This document shows positions 27,246-37,659 of a DNA stretch of 64,000 nt, piece after piece. Under the pieces are notes generated by a model. That model ran no database searches. It was not told the DNA's origin and saw nothing but the letters and a program-made list of their open reading frames with translations. The DNA lies in assembly GCA_947456965.1 (NCBI GenBank), contig CANGTU010000010.1, positions 6,711-70,710 of the forward strand. Direction: 5' to 3'. Source of the stretch: Flavobacteriales bacterium (GTDB taxonomy: Bacteria > Bacteroidota > Bacteroidia > Flavobacteriales_D > Sanyastnellaceae). Positions within the stretch are counted from its first letter, which is position 1. Every line of letters begins with the position of its first letter. The translations under genes were made by a program, and so were the position numbers.

Positions 27246-28810
27246 TGTCCTTGCTCATCCGAAGATTCAGGCAACTTGATCTTCTGACCATTCATTCTGA
27301 TGGCCTTCCCTTGTTCATATTCCGTTTCGACCTGGAGCATTCCGGATTCGTCAAAATACTGCCATGTTCCATTCAATTCACCGCCTTCATAGTCACCCTT
27401 CATCTTCACAATACCATTGAAATACCAATAGCGATGCCTGCCTACAGGAACCCCTAGCGCAAATTCCCCTTCGAAGGCCCTGTTCCCATTATCATAATAC
27501 CACGTCCACACCCCATTTTTTTCACCATCTACATATTCGCCCTTCTCGGTATGGTCGTTGATCGTCAGCATCCACATACCTGATTTCAATCCATCTATAT
27601 AATCCCCTTCATTGATCACTTTTCCCGTGGAATCATATTCGATTGCATGACCATCTTCCTTTCCCCTTCTGTAATTTTCCTCACGATGTATGCTGCCATC
27701 CGAAAATAACCATTTCCAATTTCCCACGGGTAAATCCTCCTTGTAGTTTCCCTTTTGCTCAAGCTTTCCTGTTCGGTAGAAGAATGACCATGTACCATCC
27801 TTCATTCCGTTGAGGTAATTTCCTTCGGCCCGCAACTCACCATCCGGATAAAATAATTTCCAGGGCCCTTGTCTTCTGTTCAATGAATCAATCAGACCTA
27901 AGCCAGTAACCGTACCCGCATCATATATCATTGCTGGTTCTTCCTGGCCCGTTTCCGAAAAGAACCTGAATGTTCCATGCTTTTTGCCATCCCTGTAACT
28001 CCCCACGCTCCTTACCCTGCCCATCTCATCATACTCCCGGCGAATATCCAGCACGCTTGTATCGTCGCCGTTATCGTTTACCAGTTCTCCCATCACATAA
28101 CGTTCAATACGCTCGAGCAAACCCCTTTTATCATAAAACTTGAATACCCCGTTACGCTTACCCGCAGTCCAGTTGCCCTCTTCCTTTATTTGTTGATTTG
28201 CGTACAACTCCCGCCAAGGCCCGATCCGATTGCCCTCATCATCATACCTGTTGATTTTTTCAGAAGCATAGATGAATCCATTCCGGTAGGTGATCACTGT
28301 TATGATGCGTCCATCCTTCGCATACTCCAACATCTTACCCTCTTCCTTATTATTTACGAATTGCCATGATTTCCATAGTTCGCCCGAATCATAGAACGAT
28401 CGTGCAGGTCCCTGGCGGATATTATTCTCATTGGTCCATTCCGTAGTCAATTTTCCCTTCTTATCGAACTCCTGTTCAATTCCGTTCTTCAATCCTTCCC
28501 GATAGGATATCATTCTTTCCCGAGTTCCATCCTCCCGGTAAAAATTCCACGTGGAGTCGAGTTCAAAATTCTTTCTGTTCCCTTCCGTCTTGAGGATTCC
28601 CGTTGGGTAGAACGTTTTCCAGTATCCATCCGGTTTGCCATTTCGCATCATCCCTTCGCTCGATACGGTTCCATCGGGATAATAGAACCGGGTGATATCT
28701 CCCTGAGCATTCACTGCACTGCCAACTGACCATGCCGCAAAAGTCAGCATCATCAGAGCCCGAGACGGAGAAAACACAGAATGAAATTTCCGACATGATA
28801 TCATAATCAT
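27242..28810 (-). CDS. secreted MORN-repeat-variant protein (~20 repeats)
   Basis: Signal-peptide-like N-terminus from the ATG at 28810 (MIMISCRKFHSVFSPSRALMMLTFAAWSVGSAVNAQ). The rest is tandem G..Y..DG......Y.NG...G.W..[FY]Y repeats. Its stop overlaps the kinase start (ATGA at 27242-27245). The track start at 28936 lies in AT-rich non-coding-looking sequence. Confidence 0.85.
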   Translation of the reverse strand: MIMISCRKFHSVFSPSRALMMLTFAAWSVGSAVNAQGDITRFYYPDGTVSSEGMMRNGKPDGYWKTFYPTGILKTEGNRKNFELDSTWNFYREDGTRERMISYREGLKNGIEQEFDKKGKLTTEWTNENNIRQGPARSFYDSGELWKSWQFVNNKEEGKMLEYAKDGRIITVITYRNGFIYASEKINRYDDEGNRIGPWRELYANQQIKEEGNWTAGKRNGVFKFYDKRGLLERIERYVMGELVNDNGDDTSVLDIRREYDEMGRVRSVGSYRDGKKHGTFRFFSETGQEEPAMIYDAGTVTGLGLIDSLNRRQGPWKLFYPDGELRAEGNYLNGMKDGTWSFFYRTGKLEQKGNYKEDLPVGNWKWLFSDGSIHREENYRRGKEDGHAIEYDSTGKVINEGDYIDGLKSGMWMLTINDHTEKGEYVDGEKNGVWTWYYDNGNRAFEGEFALGVPVGRHRYWYFNGIVKMKGDYEGGELNGTWQYFDESGMLQVETEYEQGKAIRMNGQKIKLPESSDEQGQ

Positions 28811-29304
28811 CTTTTTAAAGAAAGAATAGGTATAGCTTATAGAGCTGTCAATATGGTTAGTAAGTAATGCAGCATTGGACTTGACATTTGGGGTTATACA
28901 CGGGGTGCTTAGAAAATTGAACAGGTTATTAGCCATTCGCTTTACTGAATTTCAATCATTTGCATGGATGTTCACAATATAGGAATAAAGCAGCATATTC
29001 ATAAGATTACGGGGTTTTATATGTTCAAGTCTGTGGATGGAACTGTTCGGAATGCGATGATATTTGAATGGAATGTGAATATGGAAATAGGTTCGACTGA
29101 TGTAATGCATGAATTCCTAGTGAATAACAAATCTACTTGCTTCAAAGTTGTGAACGTGTTTTCGGCAGATTTCGCGAAAACCTGTTAAGTTCCTTGAACA
29201 AATGGTCTGAAATGTTCGTAATCAGCAGTTTGATGATCATCTACGAGGTGAGTGCTTGAGGTAAATCCGGTTTTCTGACTACTTTCGGCCCAATAGAAGA
29301 TTGT

Positions 29305-29730
29305 ATGAAGACCATTCACATTGGCTGTGATCATGCCGGTTATGAGTTGAAGGCCTGGCTTATTGATCGGCTTAGTGAATACCGGATTCAGGATCATGGC
29401 ACTTATTCGCCGGAGCGAGCGGATTATCCGGACGTAGCGCATCCTCTTGCTGAGGCTGTGGAGCGTGACGCCTCGATGGGAATACTGATTTGCGGTTCAG
29501 CCAATGGTGTGTGCATGACTGCCAATAAGCATCAGGGGATCAGAGCTGCCTTGTGCTGGACTGAAGAAATTGCGCGGTTAGCGCGGTTACATAACAATGC
29601 AAATGTGATATGTCTGCCAGCCCGGTTTATCAGTCCAGAGTTGGCACTGGCGATGGTACGTGCCTTTATAGAAACAGAATTTGAAGGAGGCCGGCATGAG
29701 GACCGGGTCAATAAGATTGCATGCTCATGA
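29305..29730 (+). CDS. rpiB: ribose 5-phosphate isomerase B
   Basis: MKTIHIGCDHAGYELK...GILICGSANGVCMTANKHQGIRAALCW...ARLHNNANVICLPARF. Confidence 0.9.
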   Translation: MKTIHIGCDHAGYELKAWLIDRLSEYRIQDHGTYSPERADYPDVAHPLAEAVERDASMGILICGSANGVCMTANKHQGIRAALCWTEEIARLARLHNNANVICLPARFISPELALAMVRAFIETEFEGGRHEDRVNKIACS

Positions 29731-31322
29731 AAAAAGGATTGCTGGTGGCGGTGATGGTCACCTTGGTTTTTCACGTGAATCATATTTACGCACAGTACGA
29801 TCCGCTGCCTTTCGCGTCAGGGATCACAGCAGAGGAATTGAAAGAGCATCTTATGGTATTCGCCTCGGACGCATTTGAAGGCAGGGAAACAGGAAAGCCT
29901 GGTCAGGCTTTGGCAGCCTCTTATCTGGAAGAATACTATAAACAGCTTGGTATACCGGGAGGGGTGGCAGGGTTTTACCAGCAGGAATTTAGTCTTCGTA
30001 AGGAAAGTCTGGGCGCATCATTTATAACCATGGATGGTAACAGGTATGAATTCATTCAAGACTTTTTTTGCCTGGCTACAAGTGCTTCGGGAATTGTGCC
30101 AATCCGAGACATCGTGTTTGTTGGCTATGGGATAGATGATACCCGGTATAATGATTACACTGGCCATGACGATCTGCAAGGAAAATGGGTAGTATGTGTA
30201 GCCGGGGAGCCAAAGACCAGTAAAGGTTTGTATGTGCTTACAGGAACGAATGAGCCAGGTGTCTGGACGGATGAGGTGGGAAGAAAAATGGCGGCAGCGG
30301 AGAAACGAGGTGCAAGCGGAATCTTATTGATCAGGCAGGATTATGACAGTTTTATTCCAAGAATTCGTTTTTGGCTGGAAGCACCGCAAATGATGTTGGA
30401 TTTTCCGGAAGAGATGAAGAAGAATGAAGAGCCTTCTTTTCCCTATTTTTTCGTTTCACCGCGGATTGGAGATGTGCTATCGAAGGCCGCTTTTGGCAAA
30501 CCGTTGGAAAAGATCATTTCATCATGGGAAAAGAAAGGCCAAGCGAAAACCAGTGCTGCGGATTATGAGGGCGAAATTCACGTGGAACGCACTATAGAGC
30601 GAACTAAATCACAAAATGTGCTGGCCTTCATTGAGGGAAGTGATGAACGTCTGAAGGATGAAGTGGTGGTCATCAGCGCACACTATGATCATGTTGGTGT
30701 AATCAAAGGCGAAATTCACAATGGTGCAGATGATGATGGATCAGGAACCGTCACGGCAATGGAAATAGCAGAAGCTTTTCATGAAGCGAAATTGAAAGGC
30801 CAGGGCCCACGGCGTTCAGTTTTGATTTTACACGTAAGTGGGGAGGAAAAAGGGTTGTTAGGCAGTGAGTGGTATACTGAGTTTCCGGCGTTTTCATTGG
30901 ACAAAACGGTGTGCAATCTGAACATCGACATGATTGGAAGAACGGATGAGGAGCATGCCGGTAATGAGAGATATGTTTACCTGATAGGCTCTGACAGACT
31001 GAGTTCGGATCTACACCGGATTTCGGAAGAAGCCAATACGACCTATACAGGCCTGCAACTCGATTACACATACAATGACCCGGCCGACCCCAATCGGTAT
31101 TATTATCGTTCGGACCATTACAACTTCGCCCGGAAAGGAATTCCGGTGATCTTCTATTTCAGTGGCGTGCATGAGGACTATCACCGGCCGGGCGACGACC
31201 CAGAGAAGATCATGTACGGGAAGATGGCTGAGATTGGACAACTGATTTTTCACACAGCGTGGAAGGTGGCCAATGCCGATCGGCGACCAGCGGTAGATAA
31301 GGCCGTGGAAACGGAAGACTGA
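29721..31322 (+). CDS. M28-family zinc aminopeptidase (secreted)
   Basis: Signal peptide KKGLLVAVMVTLVFHVNHIYAQ. Metal ligand motifs VISAHYDHVG, GADDDGSGTV, SGEEKGLLGS and DYHRPGDD. The start is either 29721 or the ATG at 29727, which forms an ATGA overlap with the rpiB stop. Confidence 0.85.
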   Translation: MLMKKGLLVAVMVTLVFHVNHIYAQYDPLPFASGITAEELKEHLMVFASDAFEGRETGKPGQALAASYLEEYYKQLGIPGGVAGFYQQEFSLRKESLGASFITMDGNRYEFIQDFFCLATSASGIVPIRDIVFVGYGIDDTRYNDYTGHDDLQGKWVVCVAGEPKTSKGLYVLTGTNEPGVWTDEVGRKMAAAEKRGASGILLIRQDYDSFIPRIRFWLEAPQMMLDFPEEMKKNEEPSFPYFFVSPRIGDVLSKAAFGKPLEKIISSWEKKGQAKTSAADYEGEIHVERTIERTKSQNVLAFIEGSDERLKDEVVVISAHYDHVGVIKGEIHNGADDDGSGTVTAMEIAEAFHEAKLKGQGPRRSVLILHVSGEEKGLLGSEWYTEFPAFSLDKTVCNLNIDMIGRTDEEHAGNERYVYLIGSDRLSSDLHRISEEANTTYTGLQLDYTYNDPADPNRYYYRSDHYNFARKGIPVIFYFSGVHEDYHRPGDDPEKIMYGKMAEIGQLIFHTAWKVANADRRPAVDKAVETED

Positions 31323-31377
31323 TTGCGGGTTTTTCCATGTGGAACAGGAGTTGCGCGGCGGCGCGTCCATGAGTCTA

Positions 31378-31385
31378 TACCTTTG
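31378..31385 (+). promoter_or_regulatory. candidate -7 promoter box (TACCTTTG) for the 31408 gene
   Basis: Matches TAnnTTTG 22 nt upstream of the ATG. A TTGC lies ~24 nt further upstream as a weak -33 element. Confidence 0.3.
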
Positions 31386-31407
31386 CACCCATTAAAAATG
31401 TATTTTC

Positions 31408-32958
31408 ATGGCATCAACCGCGCACTCTGCCGTCACATCGGGTTTTGAATCTCTGGGAATCCGCAAGATCAATCATGGAACAAGCACTGGATTAGAGTCA
31501 ACGGGCAATGGATCCGTGGTGGACTCCTATTCGCCTGTTGATGGTGTCTTGATCGGAAGCGTTACCACAACAACACATGAAGAGTATGAGCGTGTTATGG
31601 AACGTGCCACTGAGGCGTTCCGCTATTGGCGTAATGTGCCAGCACCGCGTCGGGGCGAAATCGTGAGGCAGTTTGGCGAGCGCTTACGTCATTACAAGGA
31701 TGCACTTGGCCGGTTGGTGAGCTATGAGATGGGAAAGTCTTTACAGGAAGGACTTGGAGAGGTTCAAGAGATGATTGATATCTGTGATTTTGCGGTCGGG
31801 CTGAGCAGACAGCTATATGGGCTAACCATGCACAGTGAGCGCCCCGGTCACAGGATGTATGAGCAGTGGCATCCTCTTGGTGTCGTAGGCATAATTTCAG
31901 CCTTTAATTTTCCGGTGGCCGTGTGGAGTTGGAACTCAGCGTTGGCGTGGGTTTGTGGAGATGTTTGTGTGTGGAAAGCTTCTGAAAAGACACCGCTGTG
32001 TGCAGTAGCATGCCAGCACATCTGGAATGAGGTTGCAGCAGAAAATCAACTGCCAGAAGGCATTTCGTGCATCATTACGGGAGATTATCGGGTAGGCGAA
32101 ATGCTCACGAGGGATGAGCGCATTGCTCTGGTTTCGGCAACCGGGAGCTCGAGGATGGGTAAGATTGTGGGAGCTGCCGTGGCGGAGCGTTTCGGCAGAT
32201 CGCTCCTCGAACTGGGGGGTAACAATGCGATCATTGTGACGCCTCATGCGGACCTGAAGATGACCATCATTGGTACAGTATTCGGGGCATGTGGAACGGC
32301 CGGACAGCGGTGCACGACCACTCGTCGGCTCATTGTCCATGAATCGGTCTATGACCAGGTGAAAGCACAACTCACCGCGGCCTACGGCCAGGTGCGCATC
32401 GGAAATCCATTGGATGAGAAAAACCATATGGGCCCCCTGATTGATCAGGCCGCTGTCAAGAGCTACCTGAAGGCCATTGAAGATGCACAGGAGCAGGGCG
32501 GCCGGATCCTGGTACCAGGCGGTGTACTGGAGGGCCCTGGTTTCGAGAGCGGCTGTTATGTCAAGCCTTGTATTGTAGAAGTACCCGACAGTTCGCTGGC
32601 CGTCGTTCAGCATGAAACCTTCGCGCCAATTCTCTACCTCATGAAGTATCGGGAACTTGATGAGGCCGTGGCCATGCAGAACGGCGTCAGACAGGGCCTG
32701 TCCAGCTCAATCATGACCACCAACCTTCGCGAGGCGGAGTACTTCCTCAGTCAGAATGGGTCAGATTGCGGTATTGCCAATGTTAATATCGGCACCAGTG
32801 GAGCCGAAATCGGTGGGGCTTTTGGCGGTGAAAAGGAAACCGGGGGAGGGCGGGAAAGCGGCTCAGACTCCTGGAAATTTTACATGCGACGCCAAACCAA
32901 CACGATTAACTACTCTTCCAGTCTGCCTCTCGCGCAGGGCATTAAATTCGACCTTTAG
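31408..32958 (+). CDS. aldehyde dehydrogenase, ALDH7 / piperideine-6-carboxylate (alpha-aminoadipic semialdehyde) dehydrogenase-like
   Basis: LELGGNNA, the catalytic Cys in GTAGQRCTTTRRL, and the C-terminal NYS..LPLAQGIKFDL ending typical of the ALDH7 group. Confidence 0.88.
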   Translation: MASTAHSAVTSGFESLGIRKINHGTSTGLESTGNGSVVDSYSPVDGVLIGSVTTTTHEEYERVMERATEAFRYWRNVPAPRRGEIVRQFGERLRHYKDALGRLVSYEMGKSLQEGLGEVQEMIDICDFAVGLSRQLYGLTMHSERPGHRMYEQWHPLGVVGIISAFNFPVAVWSWNSALAWVCGDVCVWKASEKTPLCAVACQHIWNEVAAENQLPEGISCIITGDYRVGEMLTRDERIALVSATGSSRMGKIVGAAVAERFGRSLLELGGNNAIIVTPHADLKMTIIGTVFGACGTAGQRCTTTRRLIVHESVYDQVKAQLTAAYGQVRIGNPLDEKNHMGPLIDQAAVKSYLKAIEDAQEQGGRILVPGGVLEGPGFESGCYVKPCIVEVPDSSLAVVQHETFAPILYLMKYRELDEAVAMQNGVRQGLSSSIMTTNLREAEYFLSQNGSDCGIANVNIGTSGAEIGGAFGGEKETGGGRESGSDSWKFYMRRQTNTINYSSSLPLAQGIKFDL

Positions 32959-33060
32959 GCCTCCCCGAAAGTTGAAATTTTACGTGTGCAAGGGCCTCGA
33001 AGAACGCCCGCAGGAACGCAACAGGTATTAATTTCGTTACCATTACCAGTTTGACAGACC

Positions 33061-34293
33061 TTGGCTATCCGACTTCTGAGCGTATTTATCCTTGTATTGC
33101 TGGCCATCATAGCCTGCCGGAGCTCGTCGGCAGAGCCTGATCCCCATATCAGACCGGGCCTATGGTTGCTGGAATTTGACCTTTCTTCATCCGGAAGGGA
33201 TGTCATCATCCCCATTACGATGCTGGTGGATTCTTCCGGAGGCATTGCTATACAAAACAGTGTGGAGGTTATTGCGCTGGACTCGTTGCAATGGCGCGAT
33301 CGCAGTCTGAAGGCGAAGTTTCCGTTTTTCCAAACCTACTTGCTGGCTGAGTTCTTGTCGGATACGAGCGCTGCCGGGGTGTTCAGAGATCCGACGCGCT
33401 CAGCCGATTATGCCATACCCTTTACCGGCTCCTGGAAGCAGGCGGGCCAGACAGACGCTGGAGCCCTCGTGGAGCGACGCATTTATGACGCAACGTTCTC
33501 TTCCAGGGATACCGCCGCGAGCCACAAGGCCGTGGGCGTTTTCGAGTTCTTGGAACGACGTGTTCAAGGCACATTTCTAACGGAAACAGGAGATTACCGT
33601 TATCTTAGTGGTAACAGGACGGGAGACTCCCTTTGGCTTTCCTGCCTGGATGGGTCGCACCTGTTCTATTTCACCGGAACTCTTCGGGGTGACAGCATGG
33701 TGGATGGACAATTTTTCAGTGGAATCCACTGGACTGAACCCTGGGAGGCCGTGTTGAATGCATCGGCAGAACTGCGCGACCCCGACTCACTCACCTTCAT
33801 CAGACCCGGCTCTGGCTCATTTCGGTTCAGCGCAGTGCGACAGGATGGCCAGGAAGTTGAGTTCGCCCAGAACGAACTCAAGGATCGGGTTTCGATTATT
33901 CAGATCTTCGGGTCGTGGTGTCCCAATTGTTCAGATGAAAGTCTTTTTCTGAAGGGAATGTATGAGCGGCACGGGAAGAGGGGCTTACAGATCATACCGG
34001 TGGCATTCGAGCGCTCAGATGAAACACAGGAAAGCCTGGCTGTGATCAGGGGCCAGGCCGCCGATCTGGAGCTGCCCTATCCGGTTTATCTCGGGGGCGT
34101 GAAGGGCAGTGCTGACCGTGTTTTTCCTATGCTCAACCAGGTCATGGCCTATCCCACAACAATCATCCTGGACAAGAGAGGAGAGGTGCGCAAGATCCAT
34201 ACGGGCTTCTACGGCCCGGGCACTGGTGTATACCACACCCGCTACGCGGAGCGGCTTGAACTCTTCATCATCCAGTTGCTTTCGGAGAAATGA
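33061..34293 (+). CDS. TlpA/redoxin-family thiol-disulfide oxidoreductase lipoprotein with a ~270-aa N-terminal domain of unknown function
   Basis: Lipobox LLAIIAC. The C-terminal thioredoxin fold has the active site IFGSWCPNCSDE. TTG start; no other start codon lies near the 5' end. Confidence 0.8.
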   Translation: MAIRLLSVFILVLLAIIACRSSSAEPDPHIRPGLWLLEFDLSSSGRDVIIPITMLVDSSGGIAIQNSVEVIALDSLQWRDRSLKAKFPFFQTYLLAEFLSDTSAAGVFRDPTRSADYAIPFTGSWKQAGQTDAGALVERRIYDATFSSRDTAASHKAVGVFEFLERRVQGTFLTETGDYRYLSGNRTGDSLWLSCLDGSHLFYFTGTLRGDSMVDGQFFSGIHWTEPWEAVLNASAELRDPDSLTFIRPGSGSFRFSAVRQDGQEVEFAQNELKDRVSIIQIFGSWCPNCSDESLFLKGMYERHGKRGLQIIPVAFERSDETQESLAVIRGQAADLELPYPVYLGGVKGSADRVFPMLNQVMAYPTTIILDKRGEVRKIHTGFYGPGTGVYHTRYAERLELFIIQLLSEK

Positions 34294-34391
34294 TCCGAGC
34301 CGACCTGCTGACGGGTCGATGAATTCAGCTAGGCTTTATTCGAATTGCCCGAGGCCACGCACCGTGTCGGGAATCCGTAATTTGCGACGCC

Positions 34392-36077
34392 ATGCAGTTT
34401 GCCGATGAACCCTTGCTCCGAGCCGAACACCTGTCGGTCGCATTTGTCAAGGACGGACAAACGACTATTGCTGTGCATGATCTTTCATTTGCACTATACC
34501 CAGGCCGCACTACTGCTGTGGTGGGGGAGTCAGGAAGCGGCAAGTCGGTGAGCAGCCTGGCTCTTTTGGACCTCCATGATCACGCTGTGGTGCGCTATCC
34601 TTCCGGCTCTTTCTACCCGGGCTCGGCGCTGGGGCTTCAGGAAAAATGGTTGCCAGGTGATAAGCAACTGGCTGGTCTTCGGGGAAAGAAGATCGCAATG
34701 GTGTTTCAAGAGCCCATGACAGCACTCAACCCGGTCATGACGTGCGGGGAGCAGGTGGCGGAGGTGATGCGGGTACATCTGAAACTATCCCGGTATGAGG
34801 CTCGGGAAGAGGCTCGCAGACTGTTCGAGGAGGTCAGGATTCCGCATCCCCTCGAAGCGCTTGATAAGTACCCTCACCAGATGTCGGGCGGGCAGCGGCA
34901 GCGCGTTATGATTGCCATGGCGATCAGTTGCCGGCCGCACATTTTGATTGCTGATGAGCCCACTACGGCCCTCGATGTAACAGTGCAGCGCTCGATACTC
35001 TCGCTGCTCCGTGAACTTCAGTCGCAATATGGCATGGCCATGTTGTTCATCACTCACGACCTTGGCGTTGTAGAGGATCTTGCAGATGAAGTCATCGTCA
35101 TGGAAAAGGGACGTATTGTTGAGCAGGGCCCGACAGAACAAGTCCTACGAGCTCCGGCGCATCCATACACCAGAAAGCTGATTCTATCGCGACCCACACC
35201 CGATCGCAAAGGGTTTTTTCTGGCTGGTGACGGCAGCCGGGAACGGCTTCCTCAGTTGGATGCGGGCGAGGCAAGGCTTGTGGTAAACGGACTGGGAAAG
35301 ACATACAATACCCGAAAGGTATTTGGCCGGAAGCAGCCATTCAGGGCGGTAGAGGACGTGTCTTTTAGTCTGCATCGCGGAGAAACGCTGGGCCTTGTGG
35401 GTGAGAGCGGATGTGGAAAGACGACGCTGAGCCGGATGCTGCTCGGGCTCATTGAGCCCACCGAGGGAAGTATTGTGTTGAACGGAATGGAGCTAACAGC
35501 AACCTCTGCGCGCCAGCGGCGGCAAGCGATGAAGACAATGCAGATCGTGTTTCAGGACCCATATTCTGCATTGAATCCCAGAATGCGAGTCGGAGAAATC
35601 ATTGAAGAGCCCATCGCTTGGTACGGGCTCCGGGATTCCGCTCAATCCCGCCGGAATAGGGTAGCGGAGCTGCTGACCAAGGTTGGCCTGTCCGAAGCCC
35701 ACATGCACCGGTATGCCCATGAGTTTTCTGGCGGGCAGCGCCAGCGGATTGGCATTGCCCGGGCCCTGGCCGTTGAGCCCGATATTCTGGTATGCGACGA
35801 ATCGGTATCTGCCCTTGATGTATCCGTCCAGGCTCAGGTACTCAACCTGCTCAACGAGCTGAAGCATGAGCTGGGCCTCAGTTACCTCTTTATTTCTCAT
35901 GACCTGAATGTGGTGTACTACATGAGCGATCGCATAATGGTCATGCGCGCCGGACGTATTGAAGAGCTGGGCACCGCTGATCAGGTATTCTTTAGCCCGG
36001 CGGCGACCTATACGCGCTCGCTGCTGGAGAGCATACCCGGCCATGGCAGGGACCTCAGACCGCACACGCTGAAGTAG
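34392..36077 (+). CDS. ABC transporter ATP-binding protein with duplicated ATPase domains (Dpp/Opp D-F fusion type)
   Basis: Two Walker A motifs ([16 protein letters not shown]), two signature motifs ([18 protein letters not shown]) and two Walker B motifs ([24 protein letters not shown]). No permease gene is adjacent. Confidence 0.9.
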   Translation: MQFADEPLLRAEHLSVAFVKDGQTTIAVHDLSFALYPGRTTAVVGESGSGKSVSSLALLDLHDHAVVRYPSGSFYPGSALGLQEKWLPGDKQLAGLRGKKIAMVFQEPMTALNPVMTCGEQVAEVMRVHLKLSRYEAREEARRLFEEVRIPHPLEALDKYPHQMSGGQRQRVMIAMAISCRPHILIADEPTTALDVTVQRSILSLLRELQSQYGMAMLFITHDLGVVEDLADEVIVMEKGRIVEQGPTEQVLRAPAHPYTRKLILSRPTPDRKGFFLAGDGSRERLPQLDAGEARLVVNGLGKTYNTRKVFGRKQPFRAVEDVSFSLHRGETLGLVGESGCGKTTLSRMLLGLIEPTEGSIVLNGMELTATSARQRRQAMKTMQIVFQDPYSALNPRMRVGEIIEEPIAWYGLRDSAQSRRNRVAELLTKVGLSEAHMHRYAHEFSGGQRQRIGIARALAVEPDILVCDESVSALDVSVQAQVLNLLNELKHELGLSYLFISHDLNVVYYMSDRIMVMRAGRIEELGTADQVFFSPAATYTRSLLESIPGHGRDLRPHTLK

Positions 36078-36097
36078 GCCGGAGCAGGCCTACTTTT
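36074..36097 (+). terminator. Rho-independent terminator
   Basis: GTAGGCC-GGAGCA-GGCCTAC followed by TTTT. The stem includes the TAG stop of the ABC ATPase gene. Confidence 0.6.
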
Positions 36098-36117
36098 GGG
36101 CGTCACACACGAAGCAT

Positions 36118-37659
36118 ATGATGGACAAGAACCAGCTCCTTGAGAGCAAGCAACAGGATGCGCTGAAAGGCGGAGGAGAAAAGCGCATCGAGGCACAGCA
36201 CAAGAAAGGAAAACTGACCGCCCGCGAGCGAGTCGACCTCTTGCTTGACAAGGGTTCTTTTGAAGAAATCGGAATGCTTGTGACCCACCGGAGTACCAAC
36301 TTCGGGCTGGATAAAGAAAAATTCCTGGGGGATGGAGTGGTGACCGGCTATGGAACTATTGATGGCCGGCTGGTATATGTGTTCTCTCAGGATTTTACCG
36401 TTATGGGAGGCTCACTCGCAGAGGCTCACGCCCAGAAAATTTGCCGGATCATGGATCTCGCCATGAAGAATGGTGCTCCGGTCATCGGCCTGAATGATAG
36501 CGGAGGAGCCCGCATCCAGGAGGGGGTGGTTTCGCTTGGGGGCTATGCTGATATCTTTTACCGCAACGTACAGTCCAGCGGGGTGGTGCCCCAAATCAGC
36601 GCCATCATGGGTCCGTGTGCCGGGGGTGCGGTGTACAGCCCTGCGCTGACCGATTTCGTGCTCATGGTGGAAAATACGAGCTACATGTTTGTGACAGGTC
36701 CGAACGTTGTTAAGACCGTAACGCACGAGGAGGTAACCAGCGAGGAGCTGGGCGGCGCGAGCACGCACAGCACGAAAAGTGGTGTGACCCATTTTACTGC
36801 GGCCAATGACGCGGCCTGCCTCAAGATGATTCGGCAGCTGGTGAGCTATATGCCCCAGAATTGCGAAGAAGATGCTCCCGCAAAGGACTACAACCCGGGG
36901 AATGAATCCCGCCCTAAACTGGACACCATAATACCCGCCAATGCGAATACGCCGTACGATATGCACGATGTGATTCGGGAAGTAATCGATGATAACAGCT
37001 GGATGGAAGTCCACAAGGATTTTGCGGAAAATATCATCGTGGGTTTTGCCCGCCTGGCAGGCAGAAGTATCGGTGTAGTAGCCAATCAGCCCTCGTATCT
37101 CGCCGGCGTACTCGATATCCGCAGCAGCAACAAGGCCGCTCGCTTTGTCCGGTTCTGCGACGCATTCAATATTCCGCTGCTGGTGTTTGAAGATGTTCCG
37201 GGCTTCCTGCCAGGCACGGATCAGGAGTGGAACGGCATTATTTCCAACGGGGCAAAGCTGCTGTATGCATTCAGCGAAGCCACGGTGCCGCGCGTTACAG
37301 TAATTACCCGGAAAGCCTACGGTGGCGCATATGATGTGATGAACAGCAAGCACATTGGCGCGGACATGAACTACGCGTGGCCAACGGCGGAGATTGCTGT
37401 GATGGGCGCGAAAGGTGCCGCAGAAATTATCTTCAAAAAGGAGATTTCAGAAGCGGCTGACAAGGAAGGAAAATGGAAAGAGAAAGAAGCCGAATACGCA
37501 GACCTCTTTGCGAATCCCTACAGCGCAGCTGAGCGCGGTTACATAGATGAAGTGATCATTCCTTCACAGACGCGCGAGAAACTCATCCGTGCATTTGCCA
37601 TGCTCCAGAACAAGGCAGAGAAGGCCCCGCGCAAGAAGCACGCGAATATGCCGTTGTGA
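36118..37659 (+). CDS. acyl-CoA carboxylase carboxyltransferase (beta) subunit, propionyl-CoA carboxylase / methylmalonyl-CoA decarboxylase type
   Basis: [54 protein letters not shown], and the C-terminal [18 protein letters not shown]. Confidence 0.9.
   Translation: MMDKNQLLESKQQDALKGGGEKRIEAQHKKGKLTARERVDLLLDKGSFEEIGMLVTHRSTNFGLDKEKFLGDGVVTGYGTIDGRLVYVFSQDFTVMGGSLAEAHAQKICRIMDLAMKNGAPVIGLNDSGGARIQEGVVSLGGYADIFYRNVQSSGVVPQISAIMGPCAGGAVYSPALTDFVLMVENTSYMFVTGPNVVKTVTHEEVTSEELGGASTHSTKSGVTHFTAANDAACLKMIRQLVSYMPQNCEEDAPAKDYNPGNESRPKLDTIIPANANTPYDMHDVIREVIDDNSWMEVHKDFAENIIVGFARLAGRSIGVVANQPSYLAGVLDIRSSNKAARFVRFCDAFNIPLLVFEDVPGFLPGTDQEWNGIISNGAKLLYAFSEATVPRVTVITRKAYGGAYDVMNSKHIGADMNYAWPTAEIAVMGAKGAAEIIFKKEISEAADKEGKWKEKEAEYADLFANPYSAAERGYIDEVIIPSQTREKLIRAFAMLQNKAEKAPRKKHANMPL

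Noticed and set aside
28964-29188. 74-aa plus-strand ORF in the AT-rich spacer between the MORN operon and rpiB
   Set aside because: It lies in the lowest-GC stretch of the window, and its codon usage is unlike every confident gene here (AT-rich third positions). It has no motif. It is more likely divergent promoter DNA, and only expression or conservation data could rescue it.
36412-37353. 313-aa minus-strand ORF antisense to the acyl-CoA carboxyltransferase gene
   Set aside because: It is a shadow ORF. The sense gene matches a well-known family end to end, and the antisense translation has no recognisable domain and odd composition (H/R/G/A-rich).
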